From: Epiperipatus broadwayi
Taxonomy: Eukaryota > Animalia > Onychophora
Direction: 5' to 3'
Length of the DNA: 64,000 nt
Assembly: GCA_028023455.1 (NCBI GenBank)
Contig: JAQFVV010000008.1
Coordinates: forward strand, 14,074,001 to 14,138,000
Both the position numbers and the translations under genes were made by a program. The notes below the pieces were generated by a model. That model saw only the letters and a program-made list of their open reading frames with translations, was not told the origin of the DNA and made no database searches. How positions within the stretch are numbered: the stretch's first letter is position 1; each line of letters starts with the position of its first letter. Shown one piece after another: positions 1 to 12,074 of this stretch.

Positions 1-449
1 TTCTCCATATTGGTATTGAATAATTTATGTCAAGTAAAGTTCGCACATTCAATATACCTATATTTAAAAAAAATGTTATTACTATTGCTACCATTAAATT
101 GAGTAATCTGCCAAGTGTTACAATCTACCTAGACTGGGTTAGACATGTCACTTTCATGGTAAACAGAGAATCCTACCTGAACATAAATCTTTGTCAGTCA
201 CCCTGACACTGATATTCAATATCAAACTGACTTATTAGTCATTGTATTGCCTTTAGGAAAGATCATGAATAAGGATTGTCAACTTACTAAGCATTTTCCC
301 ATTATTGCTTTCTTAGTTTCAAGGGCTTGAGCTAAAAAAAAAAAAAAAAAGGAAAAGGGAATTGGAGTTAGAAAGGACAAAAATATTGTTGCACAAACAC
401 ACAATCCTGTTATTACAGGTATTATTAAGATGTCAATTGGCATAAAGGC

Positions 450-864
450 TTTTGATCATGAAACCTTAAAATAATTTAAATGACTAACCCCATGAAGCTG
501 GAGCTCTTGAGCACTCTTGATTTGTTATTCATAATTGGCCTTCACATCTAAAGGCTATTCCACTATTCACCACCTGGTAGTTTGAGTATAGCATCCTATC
601 AGTTTCATTTTAAATGGTTCAGATTGTCTATTTGTAATAACACTTTATTCCATTGAATAGAAGCTATAATATTTGAATATATTCTTGTAAACAGGCAACT
701 AATTTCAAATAATGCCATATTTCTGTTCGATTAAGTCACTTGCTTTCAGTAAATCAATAAAAGCTATATTTAAATCATTCTCGTGTTCCTGAATCTTATT
801 GTATTTGCCTGCAAATATAACCATATCTATAGTGTTTCTTTATAATCTAAAACTACATTGAATC
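450..864 (-). mobile_element. RTE-clade (BovB-like) LINE, reverse-transcriptase part, degenerate; left half of a copy split by the Gypsy insertion
   Basis: Minus-strand translation reads QCSFRL*RNTIDMVIFA...LNIAFIDLLKA...SVITNRQSEPF, matching RTE RT motifs QCGFR.GRSTIDMIF / AFIDL.KAFD. Contains stops and frameshifts; the left boundary is approximate. Confidence 0.7.
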
Positions 865-3800
865 TGCTGTTTATAATAATCATGTTTATAATATTTATTA
901 AACAAATATAAAATGTGTATTTGCATTATATACAATGTTATACCTTTGCTTGATATTGTCAGCTTGATACAGCATTTAGTTGTCATACAACTATTAATAT
1001 AAGGGAATTCAAGTATCCTTCTAGGTGTATCTATCACTTTCTTCTATATTCTGATAACTTGTTTTGTGAATAGGTAAGAAAATACTTCCAGCTTTTTCTA
1101 TCAAAGCTTACATTTTTGTGCCTAAATTAGGTTCTAGCAGCTTCAAGTTTTAACATGAACTTTCCTCATTGCTCTAACCATATTATGGACAACCTTCATA
1201 CAGTAGTTCATATCTGACAGTAAGTTGTTGTCTCCCTTACCTTCAACTGGACTGACTATTTCCATAATTGAAGTAATCAGATTCTCTGAGCATCATCACC
1301 TATTGGCCTGTTATGTGTTATCTGTACATATGTCTATTGGTTTGTGGTGATGAATGCTCAATCTGATATAAGATCAAATCTGAACTAGTCCATTAGTTAA
1401 AAATAAGTTGAGATATAACATTTCCTCTTTCTGATAAAATTAGCTTTGGAGAATGTCATTCAGATGCTTCTACAGGTTTGTGACATCATCAGTAGGTTCA
1501 GTCTTCATTTGTAGGTGGTAACTGAATTTTGTAGATTCATTCACTGCTGACTTCACTGTTGGATAGTGACATAGAGTTTAATTGTAGACAGTTTCTGTGC
1601 TGTTGTTTTGTTGGCTATCTGCTGTTTGAACAACCACAGTTTGTAATCCTTTTAATTTGATTACAACTTCTGTTTGTAATCCTTTTAATTTGATTACAAC
1701 TTCTGGAACCCACTATACATGCTACATAGAACTTGGATGCCTTTCTGTACTTGATTATTTTTATTTTCAATTTTTTAAAATAGAAATAGACCTGAGAACT
1801 GATAGAATAATTCTTAGATCCCTATTGAATAATAGTTCAGCTGGCAGTTTTTTAGCCATGCTAAAAGCATTCGGCCAATACAGGTGATCCAACTCCCTGT
1901 GTTAGTCTTTTTTAGCATTTTTTTTTATTCTATTAGCCTAGCTATTGCTCTCGGTATGGAATGGTGGGCTGAAAACTTGTTTACTACTATTATTGATACA
2001 AAATTGAATACAATTGAGGTAAAAGTTATGCCATTGTCTGCAACTGTAGTTTTAGGCAGAGTGCAGGTAGTGAATAGCCTCCTAATTGTTTTGATAGTTG
2101 CTATGGACAGGAGTGATGATTCTTCCAGCTCTGAATGAATGACTATTAGTAAGAGTTTGCTCTTTCATGAACCTGCATGGTCAACATGAAATTCTGGTCC
2201 TGGTACTTTCAGGATCAGGCTACTGGGCTATTTTGTAATTTGCTGACATGTTTTGGCTCATCTGATGGATCTTAGACTCAATGTCAGAATCCAATGTAGT
2301 CCATCAGACATAATATCTAGCTAACATCTTCAATCTGACAATCCTTGGATGTTCATTGTGTAACATTTTAAGGCACTTGGGATTAGCCAGCTGGCGGAAT
2401 CATCTCTTGATTTCCAGATAACACAGTTATTTTCAATCGAAAGCTTTAATCTTCATATCCAGTAGTCTAAATGCAGTTCATAAAGTTTTTTATTTGGCCA
2501 TTCTTGTTGGATCCATTTCTGTAGTCTTTGGAGTGCAGGATTGCTAATGATGCATCATCCAACTGATTTGCTGTTAACTGGTGCATTTAATTCTAAGTTA
2601 ATCATATTAGTCGATCAGCTTTTCAAATTTACATACTTTCAGCCTCTGCAGGCATTTGTCTTAAGGCATCTGCATGGAGAATTACTTTTTTGTCTATGCA
2701 TTCAGTTTAAAATCATATCCTGATAAAAAATTGAACCACTTCAGTATTTGTGGTTAGGCATGCTGAGAAATCCCTTTATCAGATGTGAAAATTTCCAATA
2801 AAGATTTATGATCGGTTTGTATTATGAATGATCAACCATATAGTCATGAAATTTTTTAATGTTGATTTTTTTTTTTTAAGAGCTGAGTTATTAATGTGAA
2901 TGCAATAGGTGGGTGTTTTCCATTATTTCTAAGACAACAGAGCATCTGTTCCCACTGGTGAATCATTGTAAGTTAGTACCAGAACTTTCAGGATTAAAAT
3001 ATGCTAATACTATTGAGTCTGATACCAGATCTTTTAGTTTTTTTGAAGACTATCCTGCTTATTGTTCTATTTCTAGACTGCATTCTTGTCCAGAAAGCTG
3101 TAATAATAATTGATGAGGCCCAAAAAAGATGAGTTTTTTTTTTTGTTAACAGAAGTCTCTGTCTCATTAATTGCCATGAACTTTTTTGTGACAGATGAAT
3201 ACTACCGGATTTATCCTATATCTGAGAAATTCCAAGATCTTAGACTTCAAAAATGCATTTGTTTTATTTTAATGATTGAGGTCTTGAATTTATCTCGGAA
3301 TTTCTTACTGGAAATCTAGTGTTATTTTGGAGTTCTAGCCATTGATAAAAACCGTCAAAACAAAGATGTGCAGCAAATATTCCAGCAAGCAAATTGGTCG
3401 ACAACTTTCTGGAATATTGATGGGAAAACTGTGCCAGAGCAATTGATCAAAAAGCAACTAGTTCATTTTGAGTAAACTTTTATGAGTGATTGACAATATC
3501 CTTACAATCTATTCATCAACTGGTAGCTGCAAATATGCATGGTTCGGATCAATTTTTTTTTTACAAACTCTTACATCTTTACATCTGACACTGTTGACAA
3601 GATTTGCTTAATTAATGTTAGTTTATAAGGTCAGCACATTGATAATCACCACAGATGCAAACATCACTATTATCTTTCTTTATTGATGGAGATAATTAGG
3701 GTATCCCATTCTGAAACAGTTATGAGCTCCAAGATCTCTGCAACCTTCCATCTCTTAAGCTCAGCTTTTTCTCTTGTTCTTAAGGCCAGTGGCAGTGGTC

Positions 3801-5827
3801 TACAATAACAACTTATCAGTTTTATATTTTTATTTAATGGCAAATAGATTATGTGTCATCAGTATAGACCTAGTACTTTATCACAAACTTGGAGGATAGT
3901 CACTTGTTGTTTGCATTTGTGACCTGATATATTTTGACCACCATATATCCTAAGTGATCAAGCCAGTCAAAGCATAATCAATTGCTATATTTACCTGACA
4001 ACACAATCAAAGATACATACATAATTTTATAAGACATAGTCACTTTTACTCTTATTTGGCGCCAGAGTGATATTTAATTGCCTTGATAGTCGGTGATTGT
4101 TGTGCTGCTAGGTTGCAGCTGATGTTTATTTTTTATTAATGATAGCCCACAATTTTTTTTGACACAATAGACACTGAAGACCTGATATCCAGTTTCATTA
4201 TTACTGGAATATCATTAATAATTTTGCATTTGAAAACAGCCTCTCACATTGTTTATGCAGGCATTTAGTTTATTTGATTTTAAATTGAGTTTCTGACTTT
4301 TTGAAATGGACTTTTCCATTCTTTTCTGAAAACCTTGTTTTTCTTTTTAAAACAATCACCTTCTATGTGAGTGACACTTGCAATATCTACATACTGCATA
4401 CCCAATGTGGACATTTGGTGTGTGCATTTTGCTTTGTCACATCTATAACAAAGTTTTGCAATATTATCAAAATCAGGTCATATAAGCTTATGATTGGGAA
4501 AATCTTTAAACAATTTAACTTTCCAATCCACAGTTTTAATGGGATGGGATGGGGGTACTTTTATTTAATAAAATGTTCTGACTTGCTTTGGACTCATATA
4601 GTCACCTGAGAAATAGCTGAATCAAATGTGATATTAGGGTCTATTAACAGCTTGACCTAAGTTGTGATCTTTTATTCCACAAATGAAATGATCTCTCATG
4701 GCTTTATTGACGAAGTATTTAAAGCTATAGCTAAGGGCTAGTTTTATCTCTTGCTTTTTTACCCTCCTTGTATTCAGAGATTGAAGTTGTATCTGCATTG
4801 TCATTAAGGATTTTCACAGAAAAAGTTTGACAGTAAAGATAATGCTATATCGAAATTAAGATCAACCTGTAGTATGGTGACAACCTGTACTTGTAATACA
4901 TTGTAGATCTGAGCTTCAAATATAGACACAAGTATGGCAAATTTTAATTTAGGCTTTTTAATTTGATTAGCTATAGAAAAGCACTTGATCCATGTAAAAT
5001 GATCAGTTTTTAGGATAGATTGAATTAGACTTCTAATGAGCCAATTTTAGCCATTTTGATTTCTTTTTCTGACATGAGAGAAAAAAATTTCAATTCTTGT
5101 TTAATAATTAATGGGTAACCACTCATGTTTGATTTTTAAATTTTTTTATTGACACACTAATAATGTTAGCTACAAATATCCTGTCATGACTGCTGTAACA
5201 GTTGCATTTATGCATGAATTAACTCGCAAAATATGTTTATATAATATTTATTAATATAAACAAATATAAAATGCATATTTACAGTATATACAATGTTATA
5301 CCTTCGCCTAATATTGTTAGTTTGAATCGGAATTTATTTGCCATGGAATTTTTGTATAAAAGACTAAATATCCTTCTGGGTTTGCTTACAACTTCCAGCT
5401 GTTCCATGGCCACTTGCCTTGTGAACAGGTATGATAACACTTTTGGTTGTTCTGTCACATCTGGCTTCATGTTTGAATTGGGTTCTAGAAATTTCCAGTT
5501 CTAGTGTGAACTTGCCTCACTGTTTCAACCATATTGTAGACAATGATCAAACTGCAGCTTACGTTTGACAGTAAATTGTTGTTTCCCATTACCTTCAACT
5601 GGATTGACTATAGCCAGATCCCTTTCTGTAATGGAAACAATCAGATTCTCTAAGCATTATCACCTACTGGCCTGTTAATGTTATTGGCTATGTTTTATTT
5701 ATATGCATATCTATTGGTCTGTAGCAATGAATGCTCGTCTGATTGAGTCTCCCATCATTGATTCATTCCATCAATTTTGATGTTTTTTTCTAGTGCTCTA
5801 AATGGGTTAGTAAGTTGAGATGTAACA
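865..5827 (-). mobile_element. Degenerate Ty3/Gypsy (Mag-like) LTR retrotransposon with both LTRs and 5-bp TSD
   Basis: TG..CA termini; TSD GAATC at 860-864 and 5828-5832; diverged LTRs 865-1420 and 5191-5827; PPT AGAAAGAGGAAA (1421-1432, minus). Minus-strand remnants: gag MAKIGSLE (ATG 5054), double zinc knuckle ~4350-4460, protease KLDIRSSVSIVS ~4170, RT IDPNHAYLQLPVDE / PSIFQKVVDQ ~3400-3550, integrase LHNEHPRIVRLKMLARYYV*W and LPKTTVADNGITFTS ~2030-2370. Confidence 0.88.
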
Positions 5828-7300
5828 GAATCATTCATTTATGACTGAAAACAATCTGTTCAAAATTTTGAAAATATCTTTGTTATAATGGATAATAACA
5901 TTCTATAATAATTATTGCGATCTTGCATATTTATTTTTAAAAATTAGATCAATAGAAGCAACATTAAATTCAGCAATACAACTTCACAAATCAATATATT
6001 TTTAAAAAAATTCCAATATTTCTAAACATTTTCATCATCTTCAGATATTTAAACAAATTTTTAAAATGACTTATATCTGTTTGACTCACTAACTTAGATA
6101 TCTTTGTCCACTTCAAAATGAATAATAAAATTATTTATATTAAAAGTTATCTCATTTGTATCATTCAAAATACTACTTTCATCTCAAAATATAATTATTG
6201 ATATTGGATTTAATAGGATTGTGATATTGTTTCTCAGGTCCATGTGTTATTTTCAATATATCTAAACAAATCTAGAGTAATTACAGTCAGTGAATTTGTA
6301 TATTGTCTTTGCAGTTTTAATCCATCAATCAGTTTTTATGTCTTTTTATCAGTCTTTGAACTTCTGTCTTCAAATCTTTATATTATGAAACTCCACATTT
6401 AATGAATTGTTCTACCAAGTAGAAAATACATTTTCTTTTAACCAAATCACTAATAATAAGATCATTATCAAAAAATTTAATTGTGATTTTTTTTTTACGG
6501 AATCGAAGAATAGATTTATTTTTATGCATAACACATAAGATAATTACATGCTTTATAATAATATGACAATTCTGAAAAGCCAAATTAGCAATTTTAATGT
6601 TCAACAGCTATTGCATATATTTTTAAAGAGTCAATTTTCCTGTGAAAATGTTTGCAATAAGACCTATATTTTTAATGTATCTATTATTTTAATCTTAGTG
6701 AATACCAATCTACGATCCATCCACCTGCACTTAGAAGTGCTAACAGAATATTTCTGTTCTGTAATTTAACTGTAATGTAATCTTTAAAAATACTAATTTT
6801 GCAAGTATAAATTTATCCAAATTCCTATATAGTGATATTTCTACTAAACAAGGTATTTGTGATGATCACTCTGTGTATTTGCAAAAATTCATAACATACC
6901 AAAGTCATTGAGGAAAAAAATGTTAATGATATTACTGCAATAATGCTATCCAAAAAGAAATAAAAACATTCCCTGAATTCTCTGGATCTAATGTTGGATG
7001 TTGGCACAAATAAAATAGTGATATGATTGTGTAAGGCAAGTTTTAATATCATTAGTCTTTCTTTGATAGAATGAGGAATTCCAAGAACTTCATGCATTTT
7101 TTTTCACATCTAATGTAAAAAAATAATATAATATTTATATAACTACCATTGTCCAACTGCTGTATCATTAATATTGATAATAATACTTCTATCACTTCAA
7201 TGAGTAATCCATTTACTTCCACATATTGCATGAAATAGGTCTTTTATAGATTACATTTTCTAGATCCTTTCTTTGGTAAACAGAGGAATCCTTAAATAGG
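5828..7300 (-). mobile_element. RTE-clade LINE, endonuclease plus linker/RT start; right half of the copy split by the Gypsy element
   Basis: ORF 6825-7097 GIPHSIKERLMILKLALHNHITILFVPT...FYFFLDSII resembles RTE APE endonuclease (GINDRLMT.RL...ISAYAPT...FY..LDS). Next to the TSD the minus strand reads NNYYRMLLSIITKIFSK / ILNRL, collinear with QCSFR on the other side. Confidence 0.7.
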
Positions 7301-8974
7301 ATTATCTAAAATATATTTTTGCCAGCTGGAACTCTTGTTTCAAATCCAATTTCAACCAACTCATTAATCATTACTTTGCCTCCAGTAAAGATCACTACTA
7401 AGGACTTCCAGCCTACTAATTCTATTTGTTCTCATATTTTTCGTTGTTATCTTGACAGAAATTATAATAATATAATTGAAATTTATTTCTATCTAATATT
7501 GAAGAATAAATTTTTTGAAAATGTGTTGGTATTTTTATTCTGAGCGATTGTGTTTGATTATTATCAGATTATTAAGAAATAAACTATTAAAGGTTTTCAA
7601 TGAAATAAATATTTTTAAATGAGCAATATTATAATTTTATATATTTTTAATAATACTTTTACATCAGAATATGACCCCTTGCACAGTATTTTTCAGGAAC
7701 AAACTTTTCATCATAAAAGGCAGCATTGGAATATAATAAAAACAGAATTTGCTTCTGAAAATGTATTCGTTATTTCTAACAATTACTATTTATTTCATTA
7801 AACATTGCAAATCCTTTATGAAAGTGTTCATAAATCTTTTCAAACAAATATTTTTTTTATATTCTAATGTTTCTACAATTATATTTCATTTATTTAACAT
7901 ACTTCTATTTATGTATTTCTTTAAATAAATATTTTTATATTGTTTTACAAAAGCAGTTCTCCACTTTACTGCCATTTAGTGAAAGCTTGAGTAATCTGTG
8001 ATTAATATTTGCATATAAAATTTGAATTCCAGACCTGATGACAAAGGCAGAAATTGATTAGAGGATGGAAGTTCAAATATTAAGAATAAGGGTTTTATAT
8101 GCATCTAGTAATCATTGATTATTCAAGCTTACATTAGGTATCAATAAAGTAGAAACTGCTTTTGTCTTATAATGTTTAAGCTGGATATTTAGTGATTTGT
8201 TATGATTTTTTTAAAAATAATAAATGTTTTCACAAGTATATTTTATTATTTGTAACAAAATTTTTTAAATATTTGAAAATATTCTTTTATATATAAAAGT
8301 ATGTATATATTACTAATACTTGATACAAGAAAAATTATTCCAGGGTGTAAGCTAAAAAATGAACTGTAAGTAAAGTTTTGTTTTATTTGTCTACAATTTT
8401 TTTTCATTGTGTCACACTGTAAAATCTTTGATTTCAAGAATATGCTTTAAAATAGAAATTTTATCTTTAGCGGTCCCCTTAAATATAACATTAGCAGGTT
8501 TTGCACATTACTATCAAAATTTTATTCCACTTTTTTTTTGCAGATTTATAGAAAAAATCAACCTTCGATGTAAGTAACCATCTAAATTGTTGCAGTGGTT
8601 TCAGTTAATACAATAAGATTTAATTGAAATATCTAATTATCTGAAGACAATAGTTGTAAAATGGTTGTTTTGAAAATTTTTAGCAATATTGACATCATGT
8701 ATTTTTAGATTTGGAAATAAGCATTTATTAGTTCAGAGGTACAAATAATACATCATACTGCTATAAATTATTTTCATTTTTCTTGCTGTGGTTTTTTAAT
8801 AAGTTGTGCATTTGAGAAGCATTGAGTGTATTTTATATCACACTTGATATTTTTTGACTATTTGTTACCATATCTCCTAGGTAATCTGATGTATGTAAAT
8901 TTCTTGGTGTGTATATCTAGATATTCTGATGTATGTTAATTTTTTGGTGTGTGTATCAAACACATATCACCTGT

Positions 8975-10607
8975 TACAATTATTATTATCATCATCATCA
9001 TCATCTTTCAAAAGGACTTTATTGAATATAACAAGAAAAAGGTTACATTTATAACTATTTTACCACATGCAGATGAATTGAAGTTAGTATAAATAAGTTG
9101 AAAATTGTAATGGGGGGGGGGGAACAAAGACAAAGAATATGCATGTGGTTTACAAATTTGAGTTTACATTTTTTTCTTTAAAATGTACACATCCAATTAG
9201 TTTTGTGCACTCATAAGGATCTTAGTTCTGTTTTTTATTAGTCTTTTTTTTTCATCTATAATTTTGAACGCTGTTGTAATATAGACCAAGTGGCTGTGTA
9301 CATCTTTTGGGATACAATTTTTTCATCCCTTAAGCGGAGCTGTTCCATTTTGTTCCAGAATGTGTTTGGATGTCTTCTTGGATTATTGTTGTACATGAAG
9401 AAGCATCTTGTACACCATAGTGAAAATAATATAAAAGTACTTGCTCGAATATGTGGGTAGATACCCTTAACAAATGATTGTAAAAGTGTTTAATGTCAAA
9501 ATTTCTTTGTTTGTACAATGATGGTATGGATGAACGAATATTATCAAATACAGGGCAGGTAAAAAGAAAATGTTCTTGTGTCTCAGTTTCTCTATGACAT
9601 AACCAGCATATGTCTTCTGTATTTATGTAATGCCTTCTATATCTACAAAAGTGTAATGTTGGCAATGCTTCAAGATTTAGTTTGAGTAGAAAATCATAAT
9701 ATTTAGATTCTAATGACCAGAATTTAAATTTTCAGGTTAGTTGTCTATTGTTAATGTTTAAAATTGGTCTTTTAGGAGAGCAAATTATCTGGTATATATC
9801 CCAATATTTAAATTTATCTTGAGGTGGTGAAAAAATAATGTTTGGAATGTTAAGAATTAGTATAAGCAAGGTTTTCCAATATCCATTGTTTGGTGGTGGT
9901 TTATCTGTTGGAGTAATCTTGAAGACAACTTTTATGTATGGAAATAAATAAGCACATGCAGAAATGAGATTTAATGTCTTTTGAATGTTAAAAATATGTA
10001 TTGAATGTAGTCCTAAACCATTTTGTATTAGAGGAGCTTGAATATGTTTTAGTGAAACTGAAACAATCTTTTTTCCCCACAGCAATTTTCTACATAATGA
10101 GTTTATTTTACTAGTAAAAGATTTAGTGTATAGTATTATTGGAGAATAGTATGTGATTCGAGTCATAATTAATAGATTAAACAGGGATACTTTTGAATAC
10201 AACGAAGGTAAGATTTTGAAAGTGAATCAATTATATTTTCTATTTTATTTTTAATTTTGTCTTGTATTTGTCGACGCATTTCTAGGTTGCTTAAATAGAA
10301 GGAGAGTCCCACAAAAGAGCTGGATTTTCTGGGTTTTCCTTTAAAATGTTATGTGTGAAATTGTCCTGTATATATTGACTACGCAGAAGATTTATCCATG
10401 TTAAACTCCAGCTTGTATTTATTAGTGTATGAATTAAGAATTATTCAATAGAGTTGGGATCTGTTTTTTAGAAGTTAAAAAAATTGAGACATCATCCATG
10501 TAGGCAATACGGGAGATGTTTGCTTTCAGACCAGGTATGTATATGCCTGATAATTCTTTTTTTTATTATATTCAGTAAGGGATTGATATAGAAAGTAAAA
10601 AAAGAGC
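8975..10607 (-). mobile_element. 5'-truncated L1/Tx1-like LINE (RT C-terminal half, CCHC zf-RVT, 3' UTR, AATAAA and (GAT)n/(AAT)n tail)
   Basis: Minus strand: FFTFYINPLL, IAYMDDVSIF (~10490-10510), NGLGL (ORF 9732-10202), CWLCHRETETQEHFLFTCP (ORF 9330-9665); polyA signal followed by a trinucleotide tail near 8980-9005. Confidence 0.85.
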
Positions 10608-10900
10608 TGCTCCTCCTCCTCTTCTTCTTCTCCTCCTTCTCCTCATCCTCCTTCTCCTCCTCTTCCTTCTTCTCCTCCTCCTTCTTCTCCTCCTCCTCCT
10701 TCTCCTCCTCCTTCTTCCTCCTCCTCCTTCTTCTCCTCCTCCTCCTCCTTCTTCTCCTTTTCCTCCTTCTTCTCCTCCTCCCTCCTTCTTCTCCTTCTCC
10801 TCCTCCTCCTCTTCTTCTTCTCCTCCTCCTCCTTCTCTTTCTCCTCCTCCTCCTTCTTCTCATTATTATTATTATTACTATTATTATTATTATTATTACT
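10608..10900. repeat. Compound microsatellite: ~250-bp (CCT/CTT)n polypyrimidine tract followed by (ATT)n
   Basis: Directly visible; it generates the spurious poly-R/E ORF 10492-10923. Confidence 0.97.
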
Positions 10901-11777
10901 ATAGACATTTGTTCACCCACCAATCCTTAGACAGATAATTTTTTTAACAGTTCATTTACTTTTTTCCCCCTTATAAATAGTGACCAATAAAAAAACTTCT
11001 TTTTTTTTTACTTGTAAATAATATTCAGTAAATTTTTATTTGAGGGATTAATAATTTGCTGCATTATCTGGACAAATTATGGATTACATTTTGCGAAATG
11101 CAGTTTTGTTAGCATACAAATTGAACTACTTTTAAATCTAGAGTATCTCTGTATAGATGCAGTTTTCACAATGAGAGAATCCAAAAAAGATGAAATCATG
11201 CTTAAAAACTGTTTTGGTAATATTCTAATGCTATTTGTTGTTTTTAAGTGGACAGTTTCAGAATGGGCTAGAATAATATTTTAAAGGGCAATAGTAAAAT
11301 AATATCTTGTTTAAAACCCATTAAATTCTACGACACCATCTTCAATTTTAAAAAAAATTACAAGAAATATAATTTTTGATATATTTTCTATTTTATTACA
11401 ATAAATATAAGTATGTACACATTGTTAAAAAGAGCAAACATGAAAGAATGTAATAAAGCTGATAAAATAGTCATTACCTAAAAATAATAATTAAAAAATA
11501 AGATTTTTAACACTTTTAAACATGTTTATTTTTACATTGGTTCACAAATTCTAAATTTTGAAAGTTATATGTTAAAATTACAATTTCATAGAGAGCTTCA
11601 TCACATTTACATTTGTGATAAAATGCTGAAAAAAAAGATATATAATATGTCTTACCCGAAGTAATTTTTCAGTGAAAAAATTACAAAAACAATGTGATTG
11701 GTAACTTCCATTTTTACTAGCTGACCCAGATCATGTTTGGTTTTTAGTGGGGGAAAAATAACAGTAATAGTTTACAA

Positions 11778-12074
11778 GGTATTATGCAGAGAGAACTTTA
11801 GTAAATTGTTATGTATTAGATTATTATATATTAATTATTATATTAGTGAAAAATGGGGTATGACCTAAAATGTGTATTCTTTTCAAATAGAGTGTACTCA
11901 AATAAATATCAAACAGTAAGAACAGCTTATGAAATATTATGCAAAAGAACTTTAGAAATTGTAATATATTTAAAAATATAATTAATTATTATATTATTGG
12001 GAAAGGGGGGGGGCACCTAAAATATGTATTCTTTTCAATTAAATAAAGTGTACTCAAAAAATAAATATCAAACA
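11778..12074. repeat. Diverged ~150-bp tandem duplication
   Basis: attatgca..agaactttag...cctaaaat.tgtattcttttca...agtgtactca...aaatatcaaaca occurs at ~11780-11915 and ~11935-12074. Confidence 0.75.

Noticed and set aside
1-75. Minus-strand IGILNVRTLLD, resembling the start of another RTE endonuclease
   Set aside because: Single short motif at the window edge; insufficient support.
865-1420. Idea that the Gypsy LTRs derive from RTE coding sequence
   Set aside because: The apparent RT motifs inside the LTR were chance. True RTE homology stops at the GAATC TSD and resumes at 5828.
8544-8569. 26-nt AG/GTAAGT-bounded micro-exon candidate (also 7619-7801 and ~8030-8090)
   Set aside because: The frame compatible with exon A contains a stop and no homology is recognisable; needs transcript data.
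10492-10923. 143-aa poly-Arg/Glu ORF
   Set aside because: Translation of a microsatellite.
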